Notes under the pieces: generated by a model
What the model saw: the letters and a program-made list of their open reading frames with translations, nothing else
The model's database searches: none
Told to the model about the DNA's origin: nothing
Shown: positions 13,180-26,450 of the stretch, in pieces
How the letters are laid out: each line of letters opens with the position of its first letter
Numbering within the stretch: the first letter of the stretch is position 1
Translations under genes and position numbers: made by a program
Source of the DNA: Octopus vulgaris
Lineage: Eukaryota
NCBI GenBank assembly: GCA_951406725.2
Contig: OX597819.1
Span: forward strand, 135,284,001-135,348,000
Reading direction: 5' to 3'
DNA length: 64,000 nucleotides

Positions 13180-13620
13180 GACTTTGTAAACTTTGCTTTT
13201 CACCCAAATTGCATATCCAGTTTGAACCAGCAAGAGCTGCATTTGCGTTCTGATCTTTGTGGATCTTAAAATGTGTTTTGAGGCCTTCCTTAGACTTGCA
13301 GACCTTCTAGCATACACGGCATTGATGTATAGACAGAATGGCAGGTGGAGGTTCGTTGTTCAAGGGTCCGCAAATGAGATTTGAGTCCAGCAAGAGAAAT
13401 ATCAGAGATTCTGCTCACAAAAAAATTGCTGAGATTCGTATTCTCGTTGATAATAACATTTTTGTTCGAATTTCTTTTCACTTTTCATTGGGACATCCTG
13501 GTTCTTGAAAACTTTCACTGCATTTTTGTTCACCATCCAACTCGGTCTCATGCAAGAGTTTCTATGGCTTTTGGATCAATTCCCACTGACTCTAACTTCA
13601 CCATATTTTGTTATACGTTC
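13180..13620 (-). mobile_element. Degenerate 3' end of an RTE-type LINE with C2H2-like C-terminal motifs
   Basis: Minus-strand translations SLAGLKSHLRT and [20 protein letters not shown] resemble the RTE C-terminus (compare ARIGLIGHLRTH at 42718). Confidence 0.55.
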
Positions 13621-13639
13621 CTTAATATATATATATATA

Positions 13640-14340
13640 CAAAAACAAAAGATAAATGCTCTTGCAGGGATAAATAAAAATGTCCTTTGATGAACCTCTG
13701 TATGAGTACAAATCATGTATATAAATGTACCGTGCACAGAAGGCGAGGGCCCTATGTTTACATTGGGCAGACGGTTGATTAATTTAAGAATCGTTATCGT
13801 AATCATGTTGCCAGCTTTTGGTCAATCAATAAGAGACATTCGACATCTTTGGCAGATTTTATATGGCGACTGAAGGAGGCTAATAGGAAATAATACATCA
13901 CTTAGTCCGTAGTTAGGCATTCAAAAGCATACAGTGCAATTTCCAGGAGATGCCGTCTCTGCTCCGAGGAATCCCTATCTATTCTGTGGACTAACAAAAA
14001 GTTACTTAATAGAATTTCTGAAAAACTATCGAGATTTAGCAATTTTAATATTTCTATTATTGAAAACAAGTGGATGTATTCCACTGTAACTAGGTAAATA
14101 AAATCTTCGAACAGACGGTCAGTAGCGACACCTGCGGGTCTGACTACGCTGCATTGATAAAGGGCAACAACTCTGAAACATGTCTGCAGCTGTCTGACTA
14201 GCAAGGTGAAGCGGCTGACCTCCCTGTTCGAAGGTTTGTAATGGACGCAGGTTCGTGTGTCAAATAGCTAGCTAGAGGCGGTGGCCTCTTGGAGCTAATC
14301 AGCGACAGCTTTAGTCTTATATTTATAGACTACCATATTA
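13640..14340 (+). mobile_element. Penelope-like element 3' fragment (GIY-YIG pseudogene plus HHR-containing 3' region)
   Basis: Translates as CSCRDK*KCPL..C...NHVYKC..YVYIGQT..FKNRYRNH...TSLADFIWRLK...AYSAISRRCRLCSEE...LLNRISE, with in-frame stops. Confidence 0.85.
14148..14190 (+). ncRNA. Minimal type I hammerhead ribozyme, U3-A8 core variant
   Basis: gctgca-TTGATAA-aggg(caacaa)ctct-GAAA-catg-TC-tgcagc; perfect 6-bp stem I; downstream of the GIY-YIG ORF. Confidence 0.8.
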
Positions 14341-14917
14341 GTATGGCGATAACTATTAATATCGAGATGCCTACGCGCATATAAATGCACTTTCGCACAA
14401 TGCAGTGGGAATGAATTTTGAGTAATCGTCAATTTAGTGTAATTTTATTTTATTTTACTTTAAGGTATGGGTGACTTAAATTTACTTTAACCTCCCCGTT
14501 CTTCTAAACACCTACTAAATATTTAACTCGCTTTGTAATTATGAGTGCGCCTAACCTCGCGTGTGCCAATGCTCACATTTTTTCTAATGCTTGTATGAGC
14601 GTGTGTACTCGTGACATGCAGCTTACCCGAGGGCATTTATACATCCATATCGGTTAACGGTTATTTTCAATACTTTTCTCGCTGGATTAAGTTTTCGTTT
14701 CTCCTTTTGTCTTCTGCAATTTTATTTTTGGATTTTCTATATATATGAAGAGCCCTCCGCAGGACCAAGCATAAAGGCCGCCCTATCGGGCGACATTTAC
14801 GTTACTAAATATATATATGTGTGTGTGTGTGTGTGTGTAATGAGAATTTACAAAAAAAAAAGACGAAGACGGGTGTGTAAACAACAAACGTATTAGTTTA
14901 ACGCTCGGGAAGTGAGA

Positions 14918-14960
14918 AAGACTTTTACGTTTCGATCCTACGCTCTTCGACAGGTAAGAA
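14918..14960 (-). ncRNA. Degenerate hammerhead-like motif
   Basis: Minus strand CTGTCGA-a-gagcgtaggatc-GAAA-cg-TA-aaag; core and stems imperfect. Confidence 0.3.
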
Positions 14961-15477
14961 CACAAAAATAAACGGAGAGAAAATCGAAAAAGGTTTAGTG
15001 GCTAGCGATCTATCATGGCGAATGCCGGACAGAGGGCTCACACAGGAGAGCTAGGAAAAAGGGGAGATAATAAAGTAACGGTGATACCAAAACGAAGGCG
15101 CGCGTGCGTCTGTGAGACCGTATATACACGTGTGGAAGCGGGTTCGTGACATTGATGTGTGCGTGTGCGCATGTGTAGTTATGTGGATGATGGTGTGGGT
15201 GCTGCAAAGTAGTCAGTGCTAGTGTGTGCGTTGTGGTGTGGTATTGTGGTGGTGGGGTGTGTGGGGGAGACGAGAGAGGGCGAAGCAAGTTGCTTTAGAT
15301 GCGTTGAGATGTATTGAAAGATACAGGTAAGAAAACAGTTTTATTCTGAAACGCAGGATAACGCTAACAACACAGCACGAACTTTGTTGGCTTTCAACGT
15401 AAGTTCAATTTAACGTACGATAGCGTCTTACAGAGCTAGATTTTTATATTCTAAATTTACAGAAGAATTTGCTGTTC

Positions 15478-15550
15478 GGGCAGTTTAGCTCAATGGTAAA
15501 GTAACTGACGTGTAATCACAGGGATGTGAGTTAGAGTCTCATGGATGGCC
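15478..15550 (+). pseudogene. tRNA-derived sequence (Thr-TGT-like; pseudogene or SINE head)
   Basis: A-box TAGCTCAATGG, TGT in the anticodon position, degenerate B-box gttagagtc; stems poorly paired. Confidence 0.5.
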
Positions 15551-15728
15551 GACAGATTTTTCTGCAAAATATGGATAGTTTATCCTTTTTATGGTATATT
15601 ATCAACATTAATCTGCGTTTAAGAATTAAAACATTTCCTTATCTGTATCATACATACATACATCACGTGATCAGGTCACCGTCCAGACCATCAGATGTTG
15701 TTACACATCACTGATCACAATGCGTTCG

Positions 15729-15773
<45 letters not shown>

Positions 15774-15774
15774 T

Positions 15775-18700
15775 GATCAAAATAAAATAAAAACATGATG
15801 CGAAGGATTCAGCGGTACATATGTTTAGGGAATTTATTAGACAGATTTATAAAAATGCATATTGTATGTCTGTGGCCTTCTTCAGCCGCGCACAACAGCT
15901 TCCGCAAGGACATGTGTTACATCAAAAGTTCTTGGTTGGGGATGCAAATCCTCTCATTCACGTACGACATAATGCGGCAGCAGCATAGAATTGAAGCGTC
16001 CATCTATTTCTTCTCTCAATGTAGAATGAGGAAAATTGGATGTTGAGGTAATGTAAATAAATAAATACATATATAGAGGTGAAGATGGAGGGGCGAGAGT
16101 TCGGGACGAGGGATAAAAAATGTATAAAAAGTGTAAGTATAGAATAATATAAAAATGTAGAGGATAAAGATATAAAGAGTTGTAAGGAGATGTAAAGGGG
16201 GTATAAAGAAATATAAAGAAATGTAAATAAATGTAAAGGCATAAGGTTATAAAGTAAAAATAGAAATAGAAATAAAAGTAAAAAAATCTGATAAAACCAT
16301 GATAAAAGTGTAAAAGAATGTAAAAGAATGTAAAGATAAGGGATGTATAGAGGTTACGGACCAAGCATGGTGGTCAGGAGATTGATAAAATTTAGTTGTA
16401 GAATTGTCAGTAAATCAACAGTAAATCAACAGTTTCGTCTGGGGACTTAATGCGTTGTAAATCAGAGCTGATGAGCATTTAATCTGGTTCCTTGAATTAA
16501 ATGGACTTCTAGTACATACATATCATCATGGATACATACACCCACATACACGCGTACATATACGCCTCCAAGCATATAAGCATACACACGCACTCGCGTG
16601 TAAACACGTACATAAACACACACGCACCCACACGCACGCGCGTACACACACATACATACACCAGAATATCCGCATATATACACGGACATTACGCGCGTAC
16701 ACGCTCACATGTATATACGCGCGCCCATCACTACATACACACACGTATATGCCCACGCCTCTAGGTCCAGGTATAAGATATTAAAGGATGTGTATAAGAA
16801 CCTAAGTAAAGAATCCCGTACTCATGTCAATACGCGCACGCACACACGGCTGTGTGTCCGTATGTGCGTGCACATATACACTCACATACACACACAGAGA
16901 GACACACGCGCACATGGGTATAGCTATAAGATATCGAAGTATGCATGTACATATATGCGCGTGCATATGTATGTATGCGTATACACACGTACGCGGACGC
17001 TCGTATATTCAAAAGATGGATCCATAGGTAAGTAAATAAACATATATAGAGGTGTAAAGCGATAAGTTAGGGGTAAGAATGAGGGTAAGGGTAAAGATTA
17101 GAAATAAAAAATACAGTATAAAATAAGAAATACAATGTAATAGTTAGAAATGAAGTATAAGAATTATAAAAATTATAAGAGTTAAGGTAAGGGATGAAAA
17201 TGAAAATGAGAATAAATGGAAGTAGAATAAAAGTAAAAATAAAATTAAAAATAAAAATAAATGGAAGTAGGATAAAAGTAAAAATAAAAGTAAAAATAAA
17301 AATAAAATAAAATAAGATAAAAATATAATTTTGTAAAGTTTAACATGAGATGGAGGTGGTTGAAAGTTAGAGGTGTGTGTTAAACGTAGGGGCGGGCGGG
17401 GGGAACTGAAAATTGGAAGGGTGGGAAGTGGAGTTTGGCGGTGTGCGTTCAACATCTGAGTTAGAAATGTGAAAGGGTATAGATATAGGGAATTAAAGAG
17501 ACTACATAGGGAGGATATGGGTGTAGGAGAAGAAATATTTAGGGAAAAGAAGTCATATATGGGAGACAAAATTTGTATATATAGGGGGAAAATGCAGGGA
17601 ACCGTATATGCACATACACACACCCACACACACACACACACACGCACATGTGTATATATATGTATATGTACACATACGTACACGTATGTGCACATACATA
17701 GCACACACACACACACACACACACATACACACGCACATATAGGAAAGCGGGATGTGCTGGAGCTGACAGGTTGCACCGGGAGGGAGGAAATTGCATGGGG
17801 GAGTTGGTATAAGACCTAAGCATTGTAGTATTTGAAAGTATTAATAAGTTTATGTATACTGGATGGTTTGAACTCTGACCTTTTGTTAATAAGATTGTGT
17901 TTGTCTTTGAATTTCAAGATGTTCAGGAGTTCTACACAGCATAGTTGGCATCCTGCTCTATTATTTAAATAAGGTGCAGCTGATCCGATGATGGACCATC
18001 TGAGTTTGAAGCCTATGCATTTGTCTTTTAATTCCCAAATTCTTTTAGAGAGGGAGGTGCTGTTAGCCTTATGTCTGTGTCTCAGCGAGGACCGGTGGTT
18101 GTAGTATCTGGATTTCCAGGAGGTTGAGCAACCAATATAGGTGAGTGTGTTAAACTGAGTACTCACCTCACATGAGTATATTACGTTTTTCGCTCTACAT
18201 GCGCCCTGCAGCGGGCACTCTGATGCACATCTGCAGTTGCATTGCATTGCATTATTCGGCGTGTGCTGCTAATCCCATGCGGAGGTGTTGCAATACGAGT
18301 GGGGGCGTTGGTATCCTCCTGGTTGTTGATGGGTGTAGTATTTCCTCTGTTGTGTTGGCGGGTGTTATTACTAACTGTTTGGGTAGTATGGCTGTCAGTC
18401 TGGTTATATTGTCTACTGTCTAGATGAGGGGGTTCTGTTGGTCGCTATGGTTTGCTCTTGATCTAGCTGTTCTAATATTAATATAGTTATGTTTAGCTAT
18501 GAGGCAGCTCATGTTGGGCAGGGTAGAGTAGGAAATCCTGATAGTTTTGTTGGAGAAGATACTTCTATACTTGTGGGTGGGTGGGAAGTTGTTGGAAATT
18601 ATAGAGAATATTCTCTTACATAACTTACCCCTAACTGCTAAGCTGAAAGGTATGTTGAACCATATATATTTGCGTAATCTACTATTATCCCTTCTATTTC

Positions 18701-19238
18701 TCCTAATAGGATCTATATTGTTCTCGTCGGGTTTAGCAGTTAGGGGTAAGTTATGTAAGAGAATATTCTCTATAATTTCCAACAACTTCCCACCCACCCA
18801 CAAGTATAGAAGTATCTTCTCCAACAAAACTATCAGGATTTCCTACTCTACCCTGCCCAACATGAGCTGCCTCATAGCTAAACATAACTATATTAATATT
18901 AGAACAGCTAGATCAAGAGCAAACCATAGCGACCAACAGAACCCCCCTCATCTAGACAGTAGACAATATAACCAGACTGACAGCCATACTACCCAAACAG
19001 TTAGTAATAACACCCGCCAACACAACAGAGGAAATACTACACCCATCAACAACCAGGAGGATACCAACGCCCCCACTCGTATTGCAACACCTCCGCATGG
19101 GATTAGCAGCACACGACCGAATAATGCAATGCAATGCAACTGCAGATGTGCATCAGAGTGCCCGCTGCAGGGCGCATGTAGAGCGAAAAACGTAATATAC
19201 TCATGTGAGGTGAGTACTCAGTTTAACACACTCACCTA
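15775..19238 (-). mobile_element. Penelope-like element, 5'-truncated with a 500-bp inverted 5' duplication
   Basis: GIY-YIG ORF 17816-18247 (CNCR..CPLQG.C..KNVIY..YIG..RYYNH..CQLC..E..LINKRSE); upstream WFNIPFS and ISYSTLPNM motifs; arms 18138-18641 and 18733-19238 inverted; long 3' region ending in an HHR. Confidence 0.88.
15812..15889 (-). ncRNA. Hammerhead ribozyme relic (GAAA mutated to TAAA)
   Basis: gcgg-CTGAAGA-...-TAAA-catatg-TA-ccgc; paralog of the intact-core copy at 58199-58276. Confidence 0.65.
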
Positions 19239-19387
19239 TCTTTCAGTTTCCGTCTACCAAATTCACTCACAAGGCTTTGGTCGGCCTGAGGCTATAGTAG
19301 AAGACACTTGCCCAAGGTGCCACGCAGTAGGACTGAACCCGGAACCATGTGGTTGGTAAACAAGCTACTTACCACACACCCATATAT

Positions 19388-19431
<44 letters not shown>

Positions 19432-19640
19432 CATACACGCACATAGATACATACTTTCATTCGTACATATTCGAGAAGTTCTCTCTGTCTCCGATTACTA
19501 AATCCATTCCCAAGGCTTTGGTCAACGGAAGGCGAGAGTGGAAGATACTTTTCCATGATTCCGTGTAGTAGGACTGAACCCACAATCTCCCAGTTGTAAA
19601 TCCATGGCCGTATTAAGAAGCCACACAACCATGCTTGCGC
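19239..19640 (-). mobile_element. Two tRNA-derived SINE fragments
   Basis: Minus-strand head with A/B boxes (gtggtaagtagc...ggttcagtcc) and ggcaagtgtcttctactatagcc core; same family as 56383-56745. Confidence 0.7.
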
Positions 19641-19891
19641 CAATTTTGTATAATTAATGTAAAATCATAACAATTCTACATATTTAATTAGGAAGTATAA
19701 GAAACGGGATTATCATAGTTTAAGAAGGGATTCTAATCGCTATATGAAATCGTTAGCAGTTGAAGGGAAATCACTCTTGTAGAATATGCTGGGCCACTGG
19801 TTTTAATTGATTAACGTCAATTTCTACCCTTATTAAATTTTAATTTATATATATATATATAAACAAGAAAAAAGCAACAAGAATGGATTAG

Positions 19892-19984
19892 TTTTTCAGT
19901 ACAATTGTTTCATACGAAGACCAGCTTTATTAAAAGCTGCAAATATTGCAGCAAATACAAGTGTCCCGTACTCATCAGCCAAAA
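19892..19984 (-). ncRNA. Type I hammerhead ribozyme with long stem II
   Basis: ttttgg-CTGATGA-gtacgggac...gtcttcgtat-GAAA-caattg-TA-ctgaaa. Confidence 0.78.
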
Positions 19985-20844
19985 CACATATGAGTTCTCC
20001 AAGCATCCTAGTGGGTGAGGCTACACTCATGAAATATCGAAGATAGTTCTAAAAAGCAAAATTTAGATTGTAAGCAGATTTCCAAAGTTCTCTAATGATG
20101 CACAGTCCTATAACAGGCTTTAAAAATGTTTGCTAGCTTCATAGAAAAGGTGAATCCATCCATAATGTTGGTGCAATTACCGGAGATATGAGGAGATATT
20201 TTATACTCACAGACGATGAATCCATCCCTGATTAATCCATAATAAGGTGGGTATAATTTCCTGATATATGATAAGATACTTGTCACACCTCTGTTCATTT
20301 CACAAAATAGCTATGTTAGAATTATAATGGCTGAAGGAATTATGTGGAGCATAGAGAAACCGCCCACATAGAGCATTCTGGGATAACTGAGAGGGAAGGG
20401 GTCACAGGTACCCACCAACACAGAAAGGCCTCTTTCTGTGGAGACAGACAGTCTGGCTTAGAATTTGCAGGAATCTAAGATTTATAAAGGAGAGCATTAC
20501 TTTTGACCAGTATACAGCTGTTAATTGCCAATCCGCCGGATTTAGGTAAATGTATTCAATAAGAATATTACATACTGAATTTATCTTGAGTGCTCCATTG
20601 TATAAAAATATTAATACTATTAAAGTATTTATATATTTAATACGAGTGATATATACATATATTTTTTTAATAATATATTATTATTATTAATATAAGGAAA
20701 TCAATATTGAACTCATCATAAAGATATACCCGTGTGAAAGACATCATTGTATTAAAAATATATATAAGTAAATGAATATAAATATATAATTATAATGTAA
20801 AAGATAAATTTGAAAGTTAAAAGTTTTGAATTAATTTTTTAAGC

Positions 20845-20934
20845 GTCTTACGATCGTTTCGCAGAAGAGTAGTCCCTATAATGAAATCCTATATTGATAA
20901 GCATTTATAGACAACCCTTCTGCTCTTCAGAGAT
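20845..20934 (-). ncRNA. Type I hammerhead ribozyme with long stem II
   Basis: tct-CTGAAGA-gcagaag...cttctgc-GAAA-cgatcg-TA-aga. Confidence 0.78.
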
Positions 20935-21119
20935 ATAAAATGTGAATATTGTATAATATATCCAATGATAGTTTTTTTTAAAACTTGAAGTAAAATTGTA
21001 AAATGGTGTTTGTAAAATAGTGTTTGTTTGAAATGTAAAATGAAAATTAAAAATTTCTACTTTTGATGAGAGTCTTTAAATCCATATATATTTCCTTGGT
21101 TATTTTACTGCAATAATCC

Positions 21120-21613
21120 ATATAGCCCCAGCCCATTCATAGTACCTGGATTGCAGAACGTCCTGCTGTGCATACCTTGGATCATAGAGGGACCTGCTGT
21201 GCTTGAGGAGACCTATTGAGTCAAGTACATCAACTTCAACATCAGTATCAAATATCAAAATAAATATCAAGTGGAAATTGTTGTTAGGACACCTGTGCCG
21301 GCAGCACGTAAAAAGCACCATCCGAACGTGGCCGATGCCAGCGCCGCCTTGACTGGCTTCTGTGCCGGTGGCACGTAAAAGCACCCACCGATCGTGGCCG
21401 TTTGCCAGCCCCCCTGGCACCAGTGCAGGTGGCACGTAAAAAGCACCCACTACACTCACGGAGTGGTTGAGGTTAGGAAGGGCATCCAGCTGTAGAAACA
21501 CTACCAGATCGGATTGGAGTCTGGTGCAGGCTTCTGGCTTCCCAGACCCTGGTCAAATCATCCAACCCATGCTAGCACGGAAAACGTACGTTAAACGATG
21601 ATGATGATGATGA
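21120..21613 (+). mobile_element. SINE/non-autonomous retroelement with internal ggcacgtaaaaagcacc repeats and (GAT)n tail
   Basis: Three internal repeats; 3' end cccatgctagcacggaaaacgtacgttaaacgatgatg; sibling copy at 31300-31778. Confidence 0.7.
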
Positions 21614-21789
21614 TTCATACTCAAAATCCGTCATATTATCTTGCATTCCACTATAGTTCATGTAGTTACTTTAGAAAATTTTACTAAACACATACTGCCA
21701 ATTCCCTATTATAATGGCTAAACCAAAAACCATCATACACATACCTTCATCATATTCACGGAACAAATTGCCCCTTGCGAGACCCTCAC

Positions 21790-22390
21790 CAATGTTTCAT
21801 GTCTACATAGTGTCTTTAAATACTCCAACATTAGTCTGCCATCATGTGTGTGTTCCATTGGCCTTGATATCTCTCCTCCTTAATCTTGATTGCTTGATGA
21901 AAACGCTCACCATGCTCATCGCTCGCGTCTCCGAGATTAGCAGGAAATTCATCGAGATGGCTTTTGAAGAAATGAAGCTTTATGCTCATATCGCCGCCTA
22001 AAAGCTGATAGCTATCAAGTAATATATCCACCAAATCCTTGTAGTTTTCAACCTTTTCACTCGCTACAAATCCTTTCACAACAGCCACAAATGATTCCCA
22101 TGCTCTTTTTTCTACGTCAGTCATCGAGCACGAGAATGTCTGGCATTTCATTAACTTTCGGATTTGTGACCCATCAAAAAACACCATCCATTATTTTATC
22201 ATAACACAGGAAATGCTAAACATATGAATTTGAAACAGCTACTCTCCACATTAAGAGCTTCGATGTATTACTTCATTAGTCCTAGTTTAATATGAAGGGT
22301 TGAGAAAATGATTTTCTCTTGCTCACACCCTGAATTTCTATTCAACCATCGCCACTTTGGAGAGGCCTGTCTTAAACCACAACAGGACAA
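21790..22390 (-). mobile_element. DNA transposase fragment, Chapaev3-like (CMC)
   Basis: GSQIRKLM...AWESF...MSIKLHFFKSHLDEFPANLGDASDEHGERFHQ...RYQG.W...MMAD; family assignment from memory. Confidence 0.6.
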
Positions 22391-22887
22391 AGTGAGATAT
22401 ATCCTTAGATACATCATGTATTATATAGAAATACTATCTCTATAGGATATACAAAGGGAAAAGACATCAATATATATATATATATACCAGGCATTCTACT
22501 CTCAGATAAAAATGAAGGTAGATAACTATCAATATAGCAGAAGATATTAAAGCTGTCTATATAACAATGGGGTTGTTTAGGGAGGGGATTAGATATACAA
22601 CAACAGCAACAACAATAAATGAACATTTCAAAGTTTGTCTTTATTTTAAATGTGAATTTTTAACAAAGGAGCCAAACCAGTGAAGGGATCACTATGTGGT
22701 TGATATACCTGCTAGAAATGGTAGCTAAATTCACACGATACCACTGTACAGAAGGGCATATTGGACAATGTGGTTGTGGGTTCTCTTTCGAAATAGGCAT
22801 GATGGTCCTGGCTGGAATGCGTTTGATCATAAGTCTCTGTTTGGTCAAGGTTAATTTGAGGCTAAACAACAACAGTTACACAGAAAT

Positions 22888-23090
22888 TCACTTTGCGTCT
22901 AATGACAGACATTCCATCGCTTCTTCAAGACATTCAGCTTCTTCAAGAGCTGCACTTAATGTTGCGTGTGTCCGTGTTTCTGGGTTGCAATTTTTGAACC
23001 ATTCGTAAAGAATCAGGTAGCCTTCTTTTACAGTGACATTAGACTCATCATCAATTTTCAGTTTAGTTGTATCAACTTCTAAAATAATAG
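22888..23090 (-). CDS. Host gene last exon: death domain C-terminal part
   Basis: ttttgcag acceptor, phase 1; AIILEVDTTKLK...YLILYEWFKN...THATLSAALEEAEC...*; AATAAA at 22640-22645. Confidence 0.75.
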
Positions 23091-24659
23091 CTGCAAAAGA
23101 CACAACAATAAGAAATAAATGCAACAACATTGACAATAACATAAAACGCTGTGTACTGTAGGTTGTTATGAATATAACAAACAAACTTTATCAATAGAGA
23201 AATAAAAAAAGAAATAGCTAAGAAACATGAAAAATATAAGACATTGTTTTCTATAGACAAAAATTACAAAGAGTTTGAATTAAGCGAGATTTTTAAAGAA
23301 AATTAATTGAAAATTATACTTGAGAAAATATATGGTAAACGAGGGCAGGAAAACTTTTGTGAAGACAAAAGTATATCAGAACCTCAAGAATTAACATTGA
23401 CCTCCAACAGTGAAAGCATATGATCCATCCATTTCCTCCGCTCAATATTCTTGAAAGGGCTGTGGGGAAAGAGTCCTCAGGCACCTCCTCCATAGGGTCC
23501 TATCAGAAGCATCCATCATTAGACATTCTGCTTGTATTCTATGATGTGAAGAACTAAGACTATGGATATCATCCAACCATTTCTTTCTTGGCCTCCCCCT
23601 CGGTATCCTGTTCCATTGGTTTGACTTTGAGAACCTGTCCTGTAATTCATTGCTGCAACACCCTGATCACATGTCCGAGGTACCACAGATGTGGAGGAGA
23701 CGTGGTTCAACCTGGAGAGACTCCCAGAACTCTGAACTATAAATCCTATTGAGTAATATTACTCCAAAGACCCTTTAGAAGAAATCCATATATCTGTCTT
23801 ATTCTGGTAGATTTCAGACCTGGTATTCAAAGGGTCATGAAAGTACTGTCCCTCTGTGCCATCTACTACCTTGCAAAGATCCCAAGAGGACACTGGAAAT
23901 CGAATGATCAATGATTGTCCAACAGTCGATAATTCTAAGTCAAATTCAATCCCATTTCAAACTTCTCCAATGAACTCCAGGTTCGATCAATTCTTCAAAG
24001 CCTATTCAATTATTATTATGTCAGTCTGAATGAGAGATGCCCCCTGCAGTTCGGCTTGAATTGTGAATGTTCATTTTCTGGTAAATTCCCTTAAAGAAAT
24101 TCTGTTTTCGCCAGAGGAGAATGATGGGATTTCGCTGTGTCACCTTTATTAAATCTCTTTTTATTGAAGCATTTACAGACATATGTCATGTGGTAAAGTC
24201 ATTGCAAAATGGCAAAATAAATTGGAATTATCAGCTTCCAACACAATAACCCAATAAATAATGGCTGCAAGAAGAACCAAACTCAAAGACTTCTGTTTGA
24301 AGAAAGATGCTTTGTTTTAGATGTTAACTTTGGTACTTGTCCTTCATTACAATAACCTAACAGTGAACCTAAAGAAAATGTAAAACAAATTCACTCACCT
24401 GTTTACCCTTAAACAATATATTTTAGTTCCCTCTTCCAAAAGATAATATTAAACGCCATTTGTATTTTCTAGTTTATCCATTATTACCAACCATGCTAAC
24501 CTCAGTGGATATTTTATGAAATATCAGGAATATCGTAAATAAAATTGTCATACAGGTAACCTATCAATTGGAAATGAGGAATGTAACTTGTTCTCATTCA
24601 TTCTGACAAATAAAATAGATCAGGTGAAAGTAAAATATATAGAAATCAAATATACTCAC

Positions 24660-24731
24660 CTATTTGCCACCAATCACGTCCTAACCTCTTAGCCACTCTC
24701 AGAAGATCCCTCTTCTTCAGAACTGGACTCT
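24660..24731 (-). CDS. Host gene exon: death domain helices 1-2
   Basis: tttcag|AG...G|gtgagt; ESPVLKKRDLLRVAKRLGRDWWQI. Confidence 0.8.
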
Positions 24732-25449
24732 CTGAAATAAATATTTCCAGCTTTTATAATTTATTGTAAAACTTATTTATCTCTATAAATATTCTGTAGT
24801 TTATTGTTGTGGGACATTGTTATCATCAGTGGTTGGCTGGTGACCACTAGGGTTTTGCTCAGTATTTTTATACTTTCCATTGTGGGACCATGTAATAGCT
24901 CAATATTTAGGCCCGCAACAAAATAGACTGACTTTCCGAAACCTTGTTTCTCTTTAACAGAGACATCCTACATAATCTAACAATGTTGCAATTATTTAAT
25001 TTAATTATCATTTCATGAGACTGTTTCTTCTCATAGTTCTCTCTCTCCTTTCATATATCTGTACCATATCTATGACATGTGACTGTCCTCTGAACTCTAC
25101 ACTTTACTAACCACAATTCTCCTCATCTTCTGCTAAAGTCCAATATCATCCAATGTGGTCTCCAAAGATCTCGTCACAAATGCATGACACACCACTTCAA
25201 GTAAAATAAACGTAATACCTGTTCTCTTTGCTGTTGGAAATCTTGAATTTTATCATCCCACATCCCAGTTCACCTGGTCATTATCTGGTGCAGGGAATAT
25301 TTTAAGACTCCTTAATAAAGGTGAGCAATGATCAGTTCTCCACAGATGAAACAAAAAGTGATATCAGGTGTCCTAAAACACTGTACACTTGTACAAAACC
25401 CTATTAACTACATACAACTGGACATCTACACATTATTGCAGTGAAATGG

Positions 25450-26450
25450 TACAAAAGGACTGATACTCAAAAATATATAAGAAAGACGGGAATACAAAGT
25501 GCGAGCTCCAAATCTTTTATTTTCCAGAATGTTTGGCATATTTATTTCTTTTAACCCATCTTCGTTCTGTGACATGATCTCAATGACTTTATTCTTATTG
25601 CAAAATTAGGTAGTGTACCATCGTCGTAATAGTTTTTCAAGTTTCCCTTTAAACTTCATCAGGGTTTCTCCTGCTATTTTGACCTTCACTTGTTTATGCT
25701 GACCTTTCACAAATGACGGGCTGCATTACTCATTTGCATTGAACCACGTTCTTCACCAAGTTCCTCAGTCTACCCAGTTAATCCAGAACTATTTGCATAT
25801 CCTTTTATTTGTTGTTACTATTGTTATGTAATCCCTTAATGTCTTCTCGAGTGTTTTCCTTTGAGCCATTTATTATCAATCTGCTGATTTAAGTAACATC
25901 TCCATAACAATCACAAACCAAATGACTGATATTGTAGAAACTACAGCAATTCCCGTTTCAAAATGATACCAGTCTACCAAGAAAGTTTTCCTCAAGAACT
26001 GCATATTGAAATTGTTATAGCAGCTCCTCATCAGATCCTTAATCTTTTCTCATATATAAAACAGGTCCACTGCTTCCATCAACAATTTGTTTGCTAGATA
26101 ACCATAAACCAGATCAAATCACACAATATTCAATCCCTTTTATTCTTCTTTCCGTCTTGTATCACATCCTAGATTTAAGACACATGTTCCACACAGCCAG
26201 GAATGCCAGAGGATTCCAGTCTTCGAGATACTTTTAGTCCCATATTCATTATTCTGTAGATTTACAATTGATCTCTTTGTGAATACAACCTTATAAATCT
26301 TGCCATTTATATTCAAGGTTGAAATTAGTCTGAACTAATCAATCGGTATTTGATTGCTGGTTTCAATGGACATTTCAAACTGTCTATGAATGGGAATCAC
26401 TGCTTTTGCTTTGGATCTCCAGCATATATCCATCCAGTTCATCTTTATTG
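25450..26450 (-). mobile_element. Highly decayed R2/Hero-like RT fragment
   Basis: Minus-strand remnants WYHFETGIAVVSTISVIWFVIVMEM and FDLVYG, with many stops. Confidence 0.4.

Noticed and set aside
13684-13755. TTGATGA...agggccct hammerhead-like string
   Set aside because: No GAAA core; it is GIY-YIG coding sequence (CPLMNLC...GPYVYIG).
14745-14805. ATGAAGA-gccc...gggc-GACA motif
   Set aside because: Two core mismatches and no convincing stems I and III; at most a relic.
16425-16530. GAAAC- and CTGATGAG-containing segment (also 57580-57690)
   Set aside because: The core halves fall on opposite strands or lack closing stems.
18547-19359. 270-aa plus-strand ORF as a separate gene
   Set aside because: Chimeric read-through across the Penelope inversion and into a SINE.
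24390-24415. Strong donor cag|gtgagt (also near 30967) as an extra micro-exon
   Set aside because: No in-frame open exon with a credible acceptor; probably a duplication remnant.
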